Origin: Desulfobacterales bacterium
Lineage (GTDB): Bacteria > Desulfobacterota > Desulfobacteria > Desulfobacterales > UBA5616
Reading direction: 5' to 3'
NCBI GenBank assembly: GCA_046483495.1
Contig: JAWODC010000042.1
Span: 1-30,938, forward strand
Length of the DNA: 30,938 nucleotides
Positions within the stretch are counted from its first letter, which is position 1, and each line of letters begins with the position of its first letter. The notes beneath the pieces are model-generated. The model made no database searches. It was not told the origin of the DNA and saw only the letters and a list, made by a program, of their open reading frames with translations. Both the position numbers and the translations under genes were made by a program. Shown here in pieces: positions 8,498 through 17,242 of the stretch.

Positions 8498-8977
8498 CCC
8501 CCCCATCCCGGCCTTCCCCCTCCAGGGGTGAAGGAGAGTTGTTGCGACGAAAGTCCAATAATCGTAATGAGTTAATTTTCAACAAGTAAACAAAAGTGCC
8601 GTTCGCTTTGCTCACGGTTTGTTTTTTTGGTCATGGTCATATTTGCAAGCGGCGCGAAGCAGCCGCTTGAACGGACTGCTAAAAAAACGGGGCATTGGAA
8701 AAACGGTCATCTGTCGCTGCATCTCCCCTTCACCCCCTGAGGGGGAAGGAGAGTTGTTGCGACGAAAGTCCAATAATCGTAATGAGTTAATTTTCAACAA
8801 GTAAACAAAAGTGCCGTTCGCTTTGCTCACGGTTTGTTTTTTTGGTCATGGTCATATTTGCAAGCGGCGCGAAGCAGCCGCTTGAACGGACTTCTAAAAA
8901 AACGGGGCATTGGAAAAACGGTCATCTGTCGCTGCATCTCCCCTTCACCCCCTGAGGGGGAAGGCCGGGATGGGGGG
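8498..8977. mobile_element. Family A element A3/A4: two head-to-tail 215-bp cores within one pair of outer IRs
   Basis: 8530-8744 repeated at 8745-8959 (one substitution seen, ggactgct/ggacttct); left IR from 8498, right IR ending 8977. Confidence 0.8.
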
Positions 8978-9044
8978 TCAACTGCCTGTGAATTACCTCT
9001 AAAACGGCGTCCATATTCATTAATACATCGTTATTCCAAAATCG
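8978..9044 (-). pseudogene. 67-bp duplicate of the DUF559 gene 3' region (RFWNNDVLMNMDAVLEVIHRQL)
   Basis: Identical to 8131-8197 and attached to a right IR in the same way. Confidence 0.8.
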
Positions 9045-9065
9045 TGGAATAAAACCGTCCCCCCA

Positions 9066-9125
9066 CTCAGCTTTGAGCTTTCAGCCCATAGCCTCTCGCC
9101 GCCCCTCACCCATAACCTCTCACCC
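9066..9125. repeat. Degenerate heptamer repeat (cccatag/ctttcag-like)
   Basis: ctttcagcccatagcc..cgcccctcacccataacct resembles the reverse complement of ~16693-16730. Confidence 0.55.
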
Positions 9126-9130
9126 GTCTT

Positions 9131-10141
9131 TTACCACTCCCCCTCATCCATCTCGGGACCCGAGCCACCCTGCCGATACCACGTTACCGGGCGGAACTCA
9201 CGGGGAACCATCCCCTCCTGCCGAAACTTCGGCCACCCCAACACCAACGATGAAATCACCTGCCAGGGGGGCTTGATGCCTAACTTTTCCTCGACGAAAT
9301 CGGGGACCATGTGGAGCACACCCACAAATCCAACCCAGCAGGCCTTGATGCCGAGGCTGTTGGCAACCAGGTTCATGTTCTCGCCGCAGATTCCCACGTT
9401 GATCTGGGGGTTGGCAATGGAGCGCGTATCCCCCGCGATAATGATGACAGCGGGAGCACCAAGCAAAGGCGGCCCGTATTTTCGGGCAATGGAGCCCATG
9501 CCTCCCTGGGCGAGCCGGGGATCGAACATGCCCGGACTGGCGGGGTCCACCATTCCGGCAAGGTTTGCCACCGTCTCATCGTTCTTGAACATGGTGTATA
9601 CGCCGTTGATGACATTCCAGACGGCCTCGTCGATTGCTTTCATCAGGTCTTTATCGGTCACGACCACGAATTTCCACGGCTGGCAGTTGCCCGCGCTGGG
9701 GGCGAACCGGCCGGCTTCGAGCACCCGACGAATAAAGGTCTCCGGAACTTCCTTATCCTTGAAATTTCTAACGCTTCGGCGCTCGAGAACGGCCTTTTCA
9801 ACGGCATTCCACTGATCGGGGTTGCCGTCCGCATCTTTGGGGGGAATGGGAGCCTTAAACGGCAACGGATAGGGATCGGTTGCCCAGAAACCCGAATCGA
9901 CATGATACTGCTGAACGATCGAGATGGCTTCCACCGGACAGGCCACCATACAGTTGTAGCAGCTGAAGCATTCATATTCATCCTTCAATTTCGGGTATTC
10001 ATCCCCGCCCATTTCCCAGGCCCTGAACGGGCAGTTCTCAATGCACAGCCCGCAGCTGGTGCACAGGTCCTTGTCCACCTTCATGACTCCCATGTGAACG
10101 GTTTCCGGTCTCAAGATCGGTTTTGCATCTTCCCAGGACAT
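9131..10141 (-). CDS. Nitroreductase family protein with N-terminal 2x[4Fe-4S] ferredoxin domain
   Basis: CTSCGLCIENCP, CFSCYNCMVACP, RRSVRNF and APSAGNCQPW; RBS aggaggt. Confidence 0.9.
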   Translation of the reverse strand: MSWEDAKPILRPETVHMGVMKVDKDLCTSCGLCIENCPFRAWEMGGDEYPKLKDEYECFSCYNCMVACPVEAISIVQQYHVDSGFWATDPYPLPFKAPIPPKDADGNPDQWNAVEKAVLERRSVRNFKDKEVPETFIRRVLEAGRFAPSAGNCQPWKFVVVTDKDLMKAIDEAVWNVINGVYTMFKNDETVANLAGMVDPASPGMFDPRLAQGGMGSIARKYGPPLLGAPAVIIIAGDTRSIANPQINVGICGENMNLVANSLGIKACWVGFVGVLHMVPDFVEEKLGIKPPWQVISSLVLGWPKFRQEGMVPREFRPVTWYRQGGSGPEMDEGEW

Positions 10142-10166
10142 CGTATCACCTCCTATTGTTATGGTT

Positions 10167-11396
10167 TTAAGCTTTCTCTAAGATATGAACCGTCATGGAG
10201 GCTTCACCGTTTCCCACGGTGCCGCCGCCGTTTTCCGTCATGGCTGTGCGATGACGGGGCACCTGCCGTTTGCCCGCCTCACCTCTCAATTGCGTTACCA
10301 GTTCGTATATCTGGGCGAGGCCGGATGCTCCGATGGGATGCCCGCGGGCGATGAGGCCGCCGCTGGGATTGACCGGCGTTTTGCCGTCCAATGCCGTTGC
10401 CCCGCTTTCCGCATACTTGCCCCCCTCCCCTTCCGGACAAAACCCCAGCGCTTCCATTTGAACCAGCTCTCCGAATGCCGTGGCGTCATGGACTTCAAGC
10501 ATATCGATGTCTTCGGGACCCATCCCGGACTGCTCATAGGCCGACTTCGAGGCCCGGTAGGAAACATCGTTGGCGCCTGTCCGAGTCCCCGACTTGAGCA
10601 CGGATGCCCGGATCTTCACCGCCCGGCCGGCGCCGTGTTTTTTTAAAAACGCTTCGCTGCACACAATGGCGGCCGCGGCGCCGTCCCCGATCGGGGCGCA
10701 CATGGCGCGGGTCAGCGGGTATGCAACCTGCCGGTCCGCCATGACTTCATCCACGGTCATGGGAAACGTGTACTGGGCCTTTGGATTCAAGGTGGAGTTG
10801 TTGTGGGCTTTTGCCGCGATAACGGCGAGCTGGCGCTGCGTCGACCCGTATTTTTCCATGTGGGACCGGGCGCCGGCCGCGTAAAAATCCATGAAAACGG
10901 AATGGCCGCCTTTTTTTTCTTCACCGCCCGTTTTGGCTTTCCGCTCCTGCTCTTCCTTTTGCCACTTCTCGATTCGGGCCGTAACCTCTTCCACATCCGT
11001 TCCGGCCATGAAGCCTTTCATGACTTTTACCCGGTCCTCGTCGTATAATTTTTCCACGCCGATGGCGAGAGCACAGTCATACAGGCCGGCCTTTATCGCC
11101 GTCCACGCGCCATGCAGGGCCGTACTGCCGCTGGCGCAGGCGTTTTCAACATTGGTGACGGCCAACTTGTCAATTCCGTTGGCCGTCAGCGCCACCTGGC
11201 CCCGAATGGAATGCTGAAAGGTGTACATGCCCCACCCGGTATTGGAAAACCAGGCCGCCTCGATATCGCTTTTCGAAAGTCCGGAATCCTTGAAGACCTC
11301 GTCCAATGCCTCGCCGGTGAGCACCTTGATGCCCTTTTCGAGGTACTTGCCGAACTTGATCATACCGACACCGATAATATAGACATTTTTACTCAT
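10167..11396 (-). CDS. Thiolase family protein (SCP-x / non-canonical type)
   Basis: NACASGS, EVHDA, VNPSGGL..RGHPIGASG and ENGGG motifs. Confidence 0.9.
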   Translation of the reverse strand: MSKNVYIIGVGMIKFGKYLEKGIKVLTGEALDEVFKDSGLSKSDIEAAWFSNTGWGMYTFQHSIRGQVALTANGIDKLAVTNVENACASGSTALHGAWTAIKAGLYDCALAIGVEKLYDEDRVKVMKGFMAGTDVEEVTARIEKWQKEEQERKAKTGGEEKKGGHSVFMDFYAAGARSHMEKYGSTQRQLAVIAAKAHNNSTLNPKAQYTFPMTVDEVMADRQVAYPLTRAMCAPIGDGAAAAIVCSEAFLKKHGAGRAVKIRASVLKSGTRTGANDVSYRASKSAYEQSGMGPEDIDMLEVHDATAFGELVQMEALGFCPEGEGGKYAESGATALDGKTPVNPSGGLIARGHPIGASGLAQIYELVTQLRGEAGKRQVPRHRTAMTENGGGTVGNGEASMTVHILEKA

Positions 11397-11434
11397 AGGT
11401 TCGATCTCCTTGTTTGAGCAGAGTCGTGTAAATT

Positions 11435-12667
11435 TTAGAGCAGCTCTTCGGCTCCGCCGATTGCCAGGACATTGTTGTCGCCGTCTTCGATCATGGAAGC
11501 CCGGGCGTCCCTGAACATTTTCTCGACGACGTATTCCCTGGCAAGTCCGTTTCCGCCGAAAACAGTTAAGGCCCCGTCCGCCACCTCGTAGGCGGTTTGC
11601 GTGGAAAATATTTTCGAGGCGATGGCGTAATGCAGCGAACCGACTTCATTGACTGCATTGTACAGTGAAACCCGCCGTGAAAGCGCCCTGGCAGCCTCGA
11701 GTTTCGTGAACATCTCGAAAAGGCGAAGCTTGATGTTTTGATGTTCGAAAATCGGCACACCGCCCTGGATGCGTTCCCTGGCATATTTCAGCGCCTCGTC
11801 GAAAGCGGCCTGCGCCAATCCCACAAACGTCTGGCCCATGCCCGTGTTCGCGCCGGTAAGAATCTGGCGCGCCACTACGTGCATAACCGCGGGATCGGGC
11901 ACCAGCATGTGGCTTTTCGGAATTTTTACCTCGTCAAAAAAGATTTCCCCTTGATTCAGGGCCCGCTGGCCGATCTTGTCAAGGGGTTTTCCCCGGGTAA
12001 TGCCCGGCAGGTCGAGCGGGATAACCGCCAGGCCGGTTCCCTGCATCCCTTTGGACGGGTCCAGGTTGACGTGAAGGGCGGCATGGGTGGCGATGGTGCC
12101 GTTGCTGACCCAGGCAGACTTCTGACCGCTTACGATGTATTCATCCCCCTTTAACACGGCGAAAACCTCGGATCCGCATTTGGGATCATCGAACTTCGGG
12201 TTTGTGGCGTTCACCCAATCCGAGCCGTGCATCGGTTCGGTAATGGCCCAGCAGCCGATGAGTTCCCCCTTGGTGTCCTCGCAGTAATCCCTGGCGATCT
12301 GCTGCACGGCAGGATCCGGCGACAGGGCCGCCAGATTGAAAGGCATGCCGCCGGCGCCCATGCTGATGGCAAGGCCGGCATCGCCATAGCCCATTTCATT
12401 GGCCACCAGTGTGCCCGCTTTTGGGTCGATGTCTCCGGCCATTCCGCCCAACTCCTTGGGTATGCTTGCCTGGTGAAGATTCAACTCGCGATGGGCTTTG
12501 TAGACATCCCAAAGCGGTGAATTTTTGGCGATGACATCCGCCGGATCCTTTAATTTGTCCAGTTCGATGCCTATGGGCCGCATGACTTCCATGGCGAATT
12601 TCCGGACTTCCTTTTGAATCGCCTTTGCTTCATCACTGATCTCCATGTCCAGTTCCAGGTATCCCAT
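11435..12667 (-). CDS. Acyl-CoA dehydrogenase
   Basis: CWAITEP..GSD, GQKSAWVSNG, YARERIQGG.PI and FGGNGLAREY.VEKMFRDAR. Confidence 0.9.
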   Translation of the reverse strand: MGYLELDMEISDEAKAIQKEVRKFAMEVMRPIGIELDKLKDPADVIAKNSPLWDVYKAHRELNLHQASIPKELGGMAGDIDPKAGTLVANEMGYGDAGLAISMGAGGMPFNLAALSPDPAVQQIARDYCEDTKGELIGCWAITEPMHGSDWVNATNPKFDDPKCGSEVFAVLKGDEYIVSGQKSAWVSNGTIATHAALHVNLDPSKGMQGTGLAVIPLDLPGITRGKPLDKIGQRALNQGEIFFDEVKIPKSHMLVPDPAVMHVVARQILTGANTGMGQTFVGLAQAAFDEALKYARERIQGGVPIFEHQNIKLRLFEMFTKLEAARALSRRVSLYNAVNEVGSLHYAIASKIFSTQTAYEVADGALTVFGGNGLAREYVVEKMFRDARASMIEDGDNNVLAIGGAEELL

Positions 12668-12707
12668 CGTTATTCCTCCTTTTTATAGGGTTTTTGTAAC
12701 CGATTGT

Positions 12708-14306
12708 TTACCGATTGAGCACCAAATCCGACATCTCCTTTTCCCGGTCCCAAGTGCTTTCGGCAACCCCCTTCTTTTTCATCCCGGTCTTTATGATGCG
12801 CAGGGTTTCCGTACGCGGAATATCATCGACGATGTCCACGTACCGGGGGACCATGAAATAGGCCATGTTTTCCGCACAATGCCGCATGAGTGCAGGCAAA
12901 TCGATGGTTTTTCCAGGCTTCGGCTGAACGGCGATCATGACCTCGTCTTCGCCGAGCTCCGACGGAACACCGAACGCTGCGCACACCGCTACATCAGGAA
13001 ACTTCTCGACGATATTTTCCACTTCGAATGAGGATATATTCTCTCCGCGCCGACGCATGGAGTCGGTTTTCCGATCCGCAAAAAAGAGGTTGCCCTCCTC
13101 ATCCGCATAGAAGTAATCGCCGGAATACACCCATCCGTTTTTGACCTTTTTCTGGGAAGCTTCGGCGTTTTTGTAGTATTCCACCGAACTTCTGCCGGCA
13201 TCCGCTTCCGCCATGGGATTGCGGGTAATCAATTCCCCGATTTCCCCTTGCGGGACTTCGTTGCCGGCATCATCCACAAGCTTCCATTCCAGATTGGGGC
13301 CGACCTTTCCCACGGATCCCACGGGAGCGTTTCCGAAATTGAAGATCAACACGCCGCCCCCGTCCACCGCCCCATACGCCTCCCATATCTTGAGGTTGAA
13401 TCGTTTTTCGAATGCCTCCCACAGGTTGGCGGGACATGCCGCGGAAATGACCTTTCTCACCGGATTATCGGCGTCATCGGGCCTTTCAGGCTGCTTCATC
13501 AGAATCGGTATCATCGCGCCCAACCCATTGAACTGCGTGGCCCCGTAAAACCGAATCCTGTCCCAAAAGCGGGACGCGGAAAATTTCTTGTCGAGCGCGA
13601 AAGGAATGCCCGCGGCCAGTGCAAAGGTGGCGGTAAGCACCAGCGCATTGGCATGGAAGAGGGGCAGCGCCGTATAGAGAATGTCATCGGGCCGTGTTAA
13701 AATTTCGCTCAGCATCACCATGCCATCAGGATTGCCGATGCCGTTTCTGTTGACGACTCCTTTGGGGAATCCCGTCGTACCGGATGTATACATCAGGTAG
13801 GCGATGGCATTGGGATCCATTTCATGGTCGGGAGGCGTATCCGGAGCACGGAAAACCTCATTCAAGTCGACGGTTCCTTCCGGCAGGGGCTGATCCGTGG
13901 TCCGGCGGATGAATATCTTTTCAATCGCTTCAACCGGACCCATCTCCAGGATTTTGGGGTACAGCCGATCATCGACTACCAGGTACCTGACATCGGAATT
14001 TTCGATAATATAACGAAGCCCCTCTTTTTTCAGCGATACATTAACAGGAACAGAATACATTCCGGCCCTCGGAAGACCGTAAAACAGGTAATAATATTCC
14101 AGGCAATTTTCCATCAGGAGCGCAACTCCCTCCCCGGGGCGGCCTCCCAGGGCGGTCATTCCGTTTGCCGCACGGCGTGTAGCCGAATTATACGCGCTGA
14201 AGGAAACCACCTTGTCTTCATGCAATATATACGGTTTCTCCCCTCGGTGTGCCGCCTGGTATTCGATCAGATCTTTGTGAAATGCGAACCGGGGCGTATC
14301 GGTCAT
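12708..14306 (-). CDS. AMP-binding acyl-CoA ligase (CaiC-like)
   Basis: YTSGTTGFPKG, LPLFHANA, YSGD and DRKTDSMRRRGENISSFEVE; RBS aaggaggt before ATG 14306. Confidence 0.9.
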   Translation of the reverse strand: MTDTPRFAFHKDLIEYQAAHRGEKPYILHEDKVVSFSAYNSATRRAANGMTALGGRPGEGVALLMENCLEYYYLFYGLPRAGMYSVPVNVSLKKEGLRYIIENSDVRYLVVDDRLYPKILEMGPVEAIEKIFIRRTTDQPLPEGTVDLNEVFRAPDTPPDHEMDPNAIAYLMYTSGTTGFPKGVVNRNGIGNPDGMVMLSEILTRPDDILYTALPLFHANALVLTATFALAAGIPFALDKKFSASRFWDRIRFYGATQFNGLGAMIPILMKQPERPDDADNPVRKVISAACPANLWEAFEKRFNLKIWEAYGAVDGGGVLIFNFGNAPVGSVGKVGPNLEWKLVDDAGNEVPQGEIGELITRNPMAEADAGRSSVEYYKNAEASQKKVKNGWVYSGDYFYADEEGNLFFADRKTDSMRRRGENISSFEVENIVEKFPDVAVCAAFGVPSELGEDEVMIAVQPKPGKTIDLPALMRHCAENMAYFMVPRYVDIVDDIPRTETLRIIKTGMKKKGVAESTWDREKEMSDLVLNR

Positions 14307-14384
14307 CGTTACCTCCTTGGATAAAGTAATCGGATCTTTTACGGTAAGTATAGAAAAGCAAATGTGATGGAGACGATTCGGTAT

Positions 14385-14400
14385 TGCAAATCTCATGCCG
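14385..14400 (-). promoter_or_regulatory. Sigma54 (-24/-12) promoter for the CoA-ligase operon
   Basis: Minus strand CGGCATGAGATTTGCA = GG-N10-GC, ~80 bp upstream of the start codon. Confidence 0.65.
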
Positions 14401-14466
14401 AGATTTCGCAGTGTTAACCAACTGATATTATATGTTTATTTATATTGCTGAACGAAAAGGGCTTTG

Positions 14467-14501
14467 AATGTGATCTCATTGAAACATAATGTGACTCATT
14501 A
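14467..14501. promoter_or_regulatory. Paired imperfect palindromes, candidate enhancer-binding-protein sites
   Basis: aatgtgatctcatt (14467-14480) and aatgtgactcatt (14488-14500), 21 bp apart. Confidence 0.5.
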
Positions 14502-14628
14502 CGGACATTCATCGGTCGTTTGCCCGGACACCGGGCCAAAAGGATTTCTGAATGCCGAAATTTGACTCTTTTACCATTCATCACTATTTTAAAGGCTGTA
14601 AACGTTTTATGCAAGAAAAGGGTGATTT

Positions 14629-16041
14629 ATGGGTCAAAAAAGAATTCATTTCAGTAGATTGCGGCGCCGCAAATCCCTTGTCGATTTTGGACGCACGCTG
14701 GATGCGAGAACATCGAATATCGATGTGTTCCTTCGCAAGCGCGCGGAGGATCACCTGGCCAAAACGCAACAGCAAAACCGGGAACTGAAAGAAAAGCTGG
14801 CTTACGAACGAGCCCAATTCGATCAGGCCGTTTACAGCCTTCCGATCGGTATTGAAATCACCGACATGCATGGAACCACCGTCTATCTTAATCCCACCGC
14901 ATGTCGTATATACGGCCTCGACACGGAAGATCCGGCGGCAATTCCCGATTGGGGAGAGAATGTCTTCGAGCTGCGATATGCCGACGGCAGCACCATGCCG
15001 AAAGAGGAATGGCCCGTCTTCCGCGCCGCTCGCGGCGAATGTGTCCGCAATTTGGAGCTGATCGTGCACAACCGGCGATCCGGCTCGAATCGAACGGTAT
15101 CCTACCATTCCGTCCCGGTGCGAAACAACAAAGGCGAGGTGGTCCGGATCATCCATACCATTGACGAGGTAACCGATAAGAAGCGGATACAAGATGCACT
15201 TCAACGCAGCCTCGCCTATGCCGATGCATTGTTCCAGTCGGCGGCGGAAGGGGTGGCGATTTTCGATGCAGACGGCAACCTGACGGACATGAATCCGGCC
15301 GCCATGGCCGTTCATGGATTCGAGGAAGAAAAAGAAGTCAAACAGTTCCTCGATTCATTTATGGAACTGTTTGAATTCTACGATCTGGATGGAAATCCGC
15401 TGCCCATGGAGAAGTGGCCGATCGTACGGGTACTTCGGGGCGACGCCTTCCGATCCGATGAAGTTCGTGTCCGCCGTCGGGATACCGGAAAATCCTGGAT
15501 TGGATCGTATAGCGGTTTACCTGTGAAAAGCCCCGACGGTCAAACCATGCTGTCCATCATGACCGTCCTGGATATTTCAGCCCGAAAAGAAGCCGAAATG
15601 ATGCTCGATCAAACACCCCGGGAGCAGAAAGCAGAACCATACGGCATACCCGGCGCCAAAACACGGGTTCTCCTTGTGGACGACCATGCCGTGGTCCGAC
15701 AAGGGCTCTCAACGATGCTCAAGTTGTACACCGACGTTGAAATCGTCGGCGAAGCGGAGGACGGAGAGGCCGCCGTTCGCCTGTCGCGAAAGCTGAAACC
15801 GGATGTCATTTTGATGGATGTCGGCATGCCGAACATGAACGGTCTCGAAGCCACCCGCATCATTCACAGTGAATTCCCCCACATTCGCATCATCGGGCTG
15901 TCCATGTATGACGGTGAAGACCAAGCCGATGAAATGTTCAAGGCCGGAGCCTGGGATTACTGCACCAAGGATGGCGACACTCATCTGCTGCTGAACGCCA
16001 TTCGCGGGCAGTCGGAAGGCCTCTGCAGCAAGCAGCTGTGA
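14629..16041 (+). CDS. PAS-PAS-receiver signalling protein (no kinase or output domain)
   Basis: Two PAS/PAC repeats (EEWPVFRAARGE, EKWPIVRVLRGD); C-terminal NarL-type receiver VLLVDDHAVVRQGL..PDVILMDVGMP. Confidence 0.8.
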   Translation: MGQKRIHFSRLRRRKSLVDFGRTLDARTSNIDVFLRKRAEDHLAKTQQQNRELKEKLAYERAQFDQAVYSLPIGIEITDMHGTTVYLNPTACRIYGLDTEDPAAIPDWGENVFELRYADGSTMPKEEWPVFRAARGECVRNLELIVHNRRSGSNRTVSYHSVPVRNNKGEVVRIIHTIDEVTDKKRIQDALQRSLAYADALFQSAAEGVAIFDADGNLTDMNPAAMAVHGFEEEKEVKQFLDSFMELFEFYDLDGNPLPMEKWPIVRVLRGDAFRSDEVRVRRRDTGKSWIGSYSGLPVKSPDGQTMLSIMTVLDISARKEAEMMLDQTPREQKAEPYGIPGAKTRVLLVDDHAVVRQGLSTMLKLYTDVEIVGEAEDGEAAVRLSRKLKPDVILMDVGMPNMNGLEATRIIHSEFPHIRIIGLSMYDGEDQADEMFKAGAWDYCTKDGDTHLLLNAIRGQSEGLCSKQL

Positions 16042-16084
16042 TGCCCGGGATTGAAAGCGGCTATCCGGAGCACGAAATAATGGT

Positions 16085-16354
16085 CTAAATAGCTTCGTTG
16101 AGCTTTTTCCCGGCCTTGAACCTCACCGTATTACCCGCCTTAATATCAATCGCCTCACCGGTTCTGGGATTGACACCTTTGCGGGCCTTTCGTTCACTTT
16201 TTGAAAACGTACCGAATCCTGTAAAGGTAATCTTACCGTCTTTCTGCAGGCTTTCGGTGACGCCCTCGATCAGCGCATTCAATGCCGCATTGGCTTGTGT
16301 TTTTGAAATGCCCGCGTCATCGGCCATAATGCCGATCAATTCCGTTTTGGTCAT
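16085..16354 (-). CDS. hup: DNA-binding protein HU
   Basis: MTKTELI, GFGTF, RKARKGVNPRTGE and FKAGKKL; RBS ggaggg before ATG 16354. Confidence 0.92.
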   Translation of the reverse strand: MTKTELIGIMADDAGISKTQANAALNALIEGVTESLQKDGKITFTGFGTFSKSERKARKGVNPRTGEAIDIKAGNTVRFKAGKKLNEAI

Positions 16355-16394
16355 CGTCCCCTCCATTGCATGATGTTTTCGGCAGGATCCGTTC

Positions 16395-16550
16395 GTGTCC
16401 ATCCAGAACAGGCGCAATTATTATCCGGGCAACGTCGAGCCTTTCTTAGAAGCCGTAGGCATCGTCATCGATTTACGTCGTCTATAGAGAGGATTCAAAA
16501 AAAGGCTGCATGCCGCTCCGGTTCGTTGAATGCCGTTTTTGGATAGAAGA
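16395..16550 (+). repeat. Family B long-hairpin element, copy B3 (degenerate)
   Basis: atccagaacaggc/gccgtttttggat and agcctttcttagaa/ttcaaaaaaaggct; shares gaggattc and gccgctcc with B2. Confidence 0.6.
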
Positions 16551-16659
16551 GAACCGGGAAAATTCGTAACGTCGATATTAGAATAAAGCTTTGGTGAATA
16601 CAACATATTTATTCGTTTTCGGGATTAATTGGCCATAGACGCACGTGGACGGCTTGCGG

Positions 16660-16750
16660 GCGATCAGCCGAAGGGTTTGGGTTATGGGCCGTAGGCTATG
16701 GGTTAGGGGCGATGGGCTATGGGCTGAAGGCCTAAGGTTCAAAGTTAAAG
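16660..16750. repeat. Degenerate heptamer repeat (ctatggg-like)
   Basis: ttatggg ccgtagg ctatggg ttagggg cgatggg ctatggg ctgaagg cctaagg ttcaaag ttaaag. Confidence 0.6.
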
Positions 16751-16756
16751 TAAATT

Positions 16757-17155
16757 GGGTCTTTATCCCCCCATCCCGGCCTTCCCCCGCCAGGGGTGAA
16801 GGTGACATGTTGCGCCGCAAGTCAGCTGATCCATATGCTTATATTTTAAACAAGTAAGGAAAAATTGCCGTTCGCTTTGCTCGCGGTTTGTTTTTTGGTC
16901 AAATATGCTAAGATGGTAAAAGGGGTTTTTAACGTTTTGTTCATCAGCGCTTTATAAAAGGTGCTTTTTAAAACCCCAATGAATCACCTACCATTGATTT
17001 GTCACTTAAACAATCCAACCCCTAATTTCAAGCGGCGCGAAGCAGCCGCTTGAACGGACTACAAAAAAAACGGGCATTGGAAAAACTGACATCTGTCGCT
17101 GCATGTCCCCTTCACCCCCGGAGGGGGAAGGCCGGGATGGGGGGGATTAAGACCC
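16757..17155. mobile_element. Family A element, copy A5 (no ORF)
   Basis: Terminal IRs gggtctttatccccccatcccggcc... / ...ggccgggatgggggggattaagaccc; hairpins at 16868-16886 and 17029-17052; collinear with A1 apart from the B1 insertion. Confidence 0.8.
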
Positions 17156-17242
17156 GATCCGCTGACCGTTCACTGTTCATCAGACACGGATTATGCGGTT
17201 TATAACGTTTACATCGGATCGGTTCTGATTGATGAAAAATAT

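Noticed and set aside
7852..9044. CRISPR array
   Set aside because: Units are >200 bp with near-identical interiors rather than unique spacers; no cas genes
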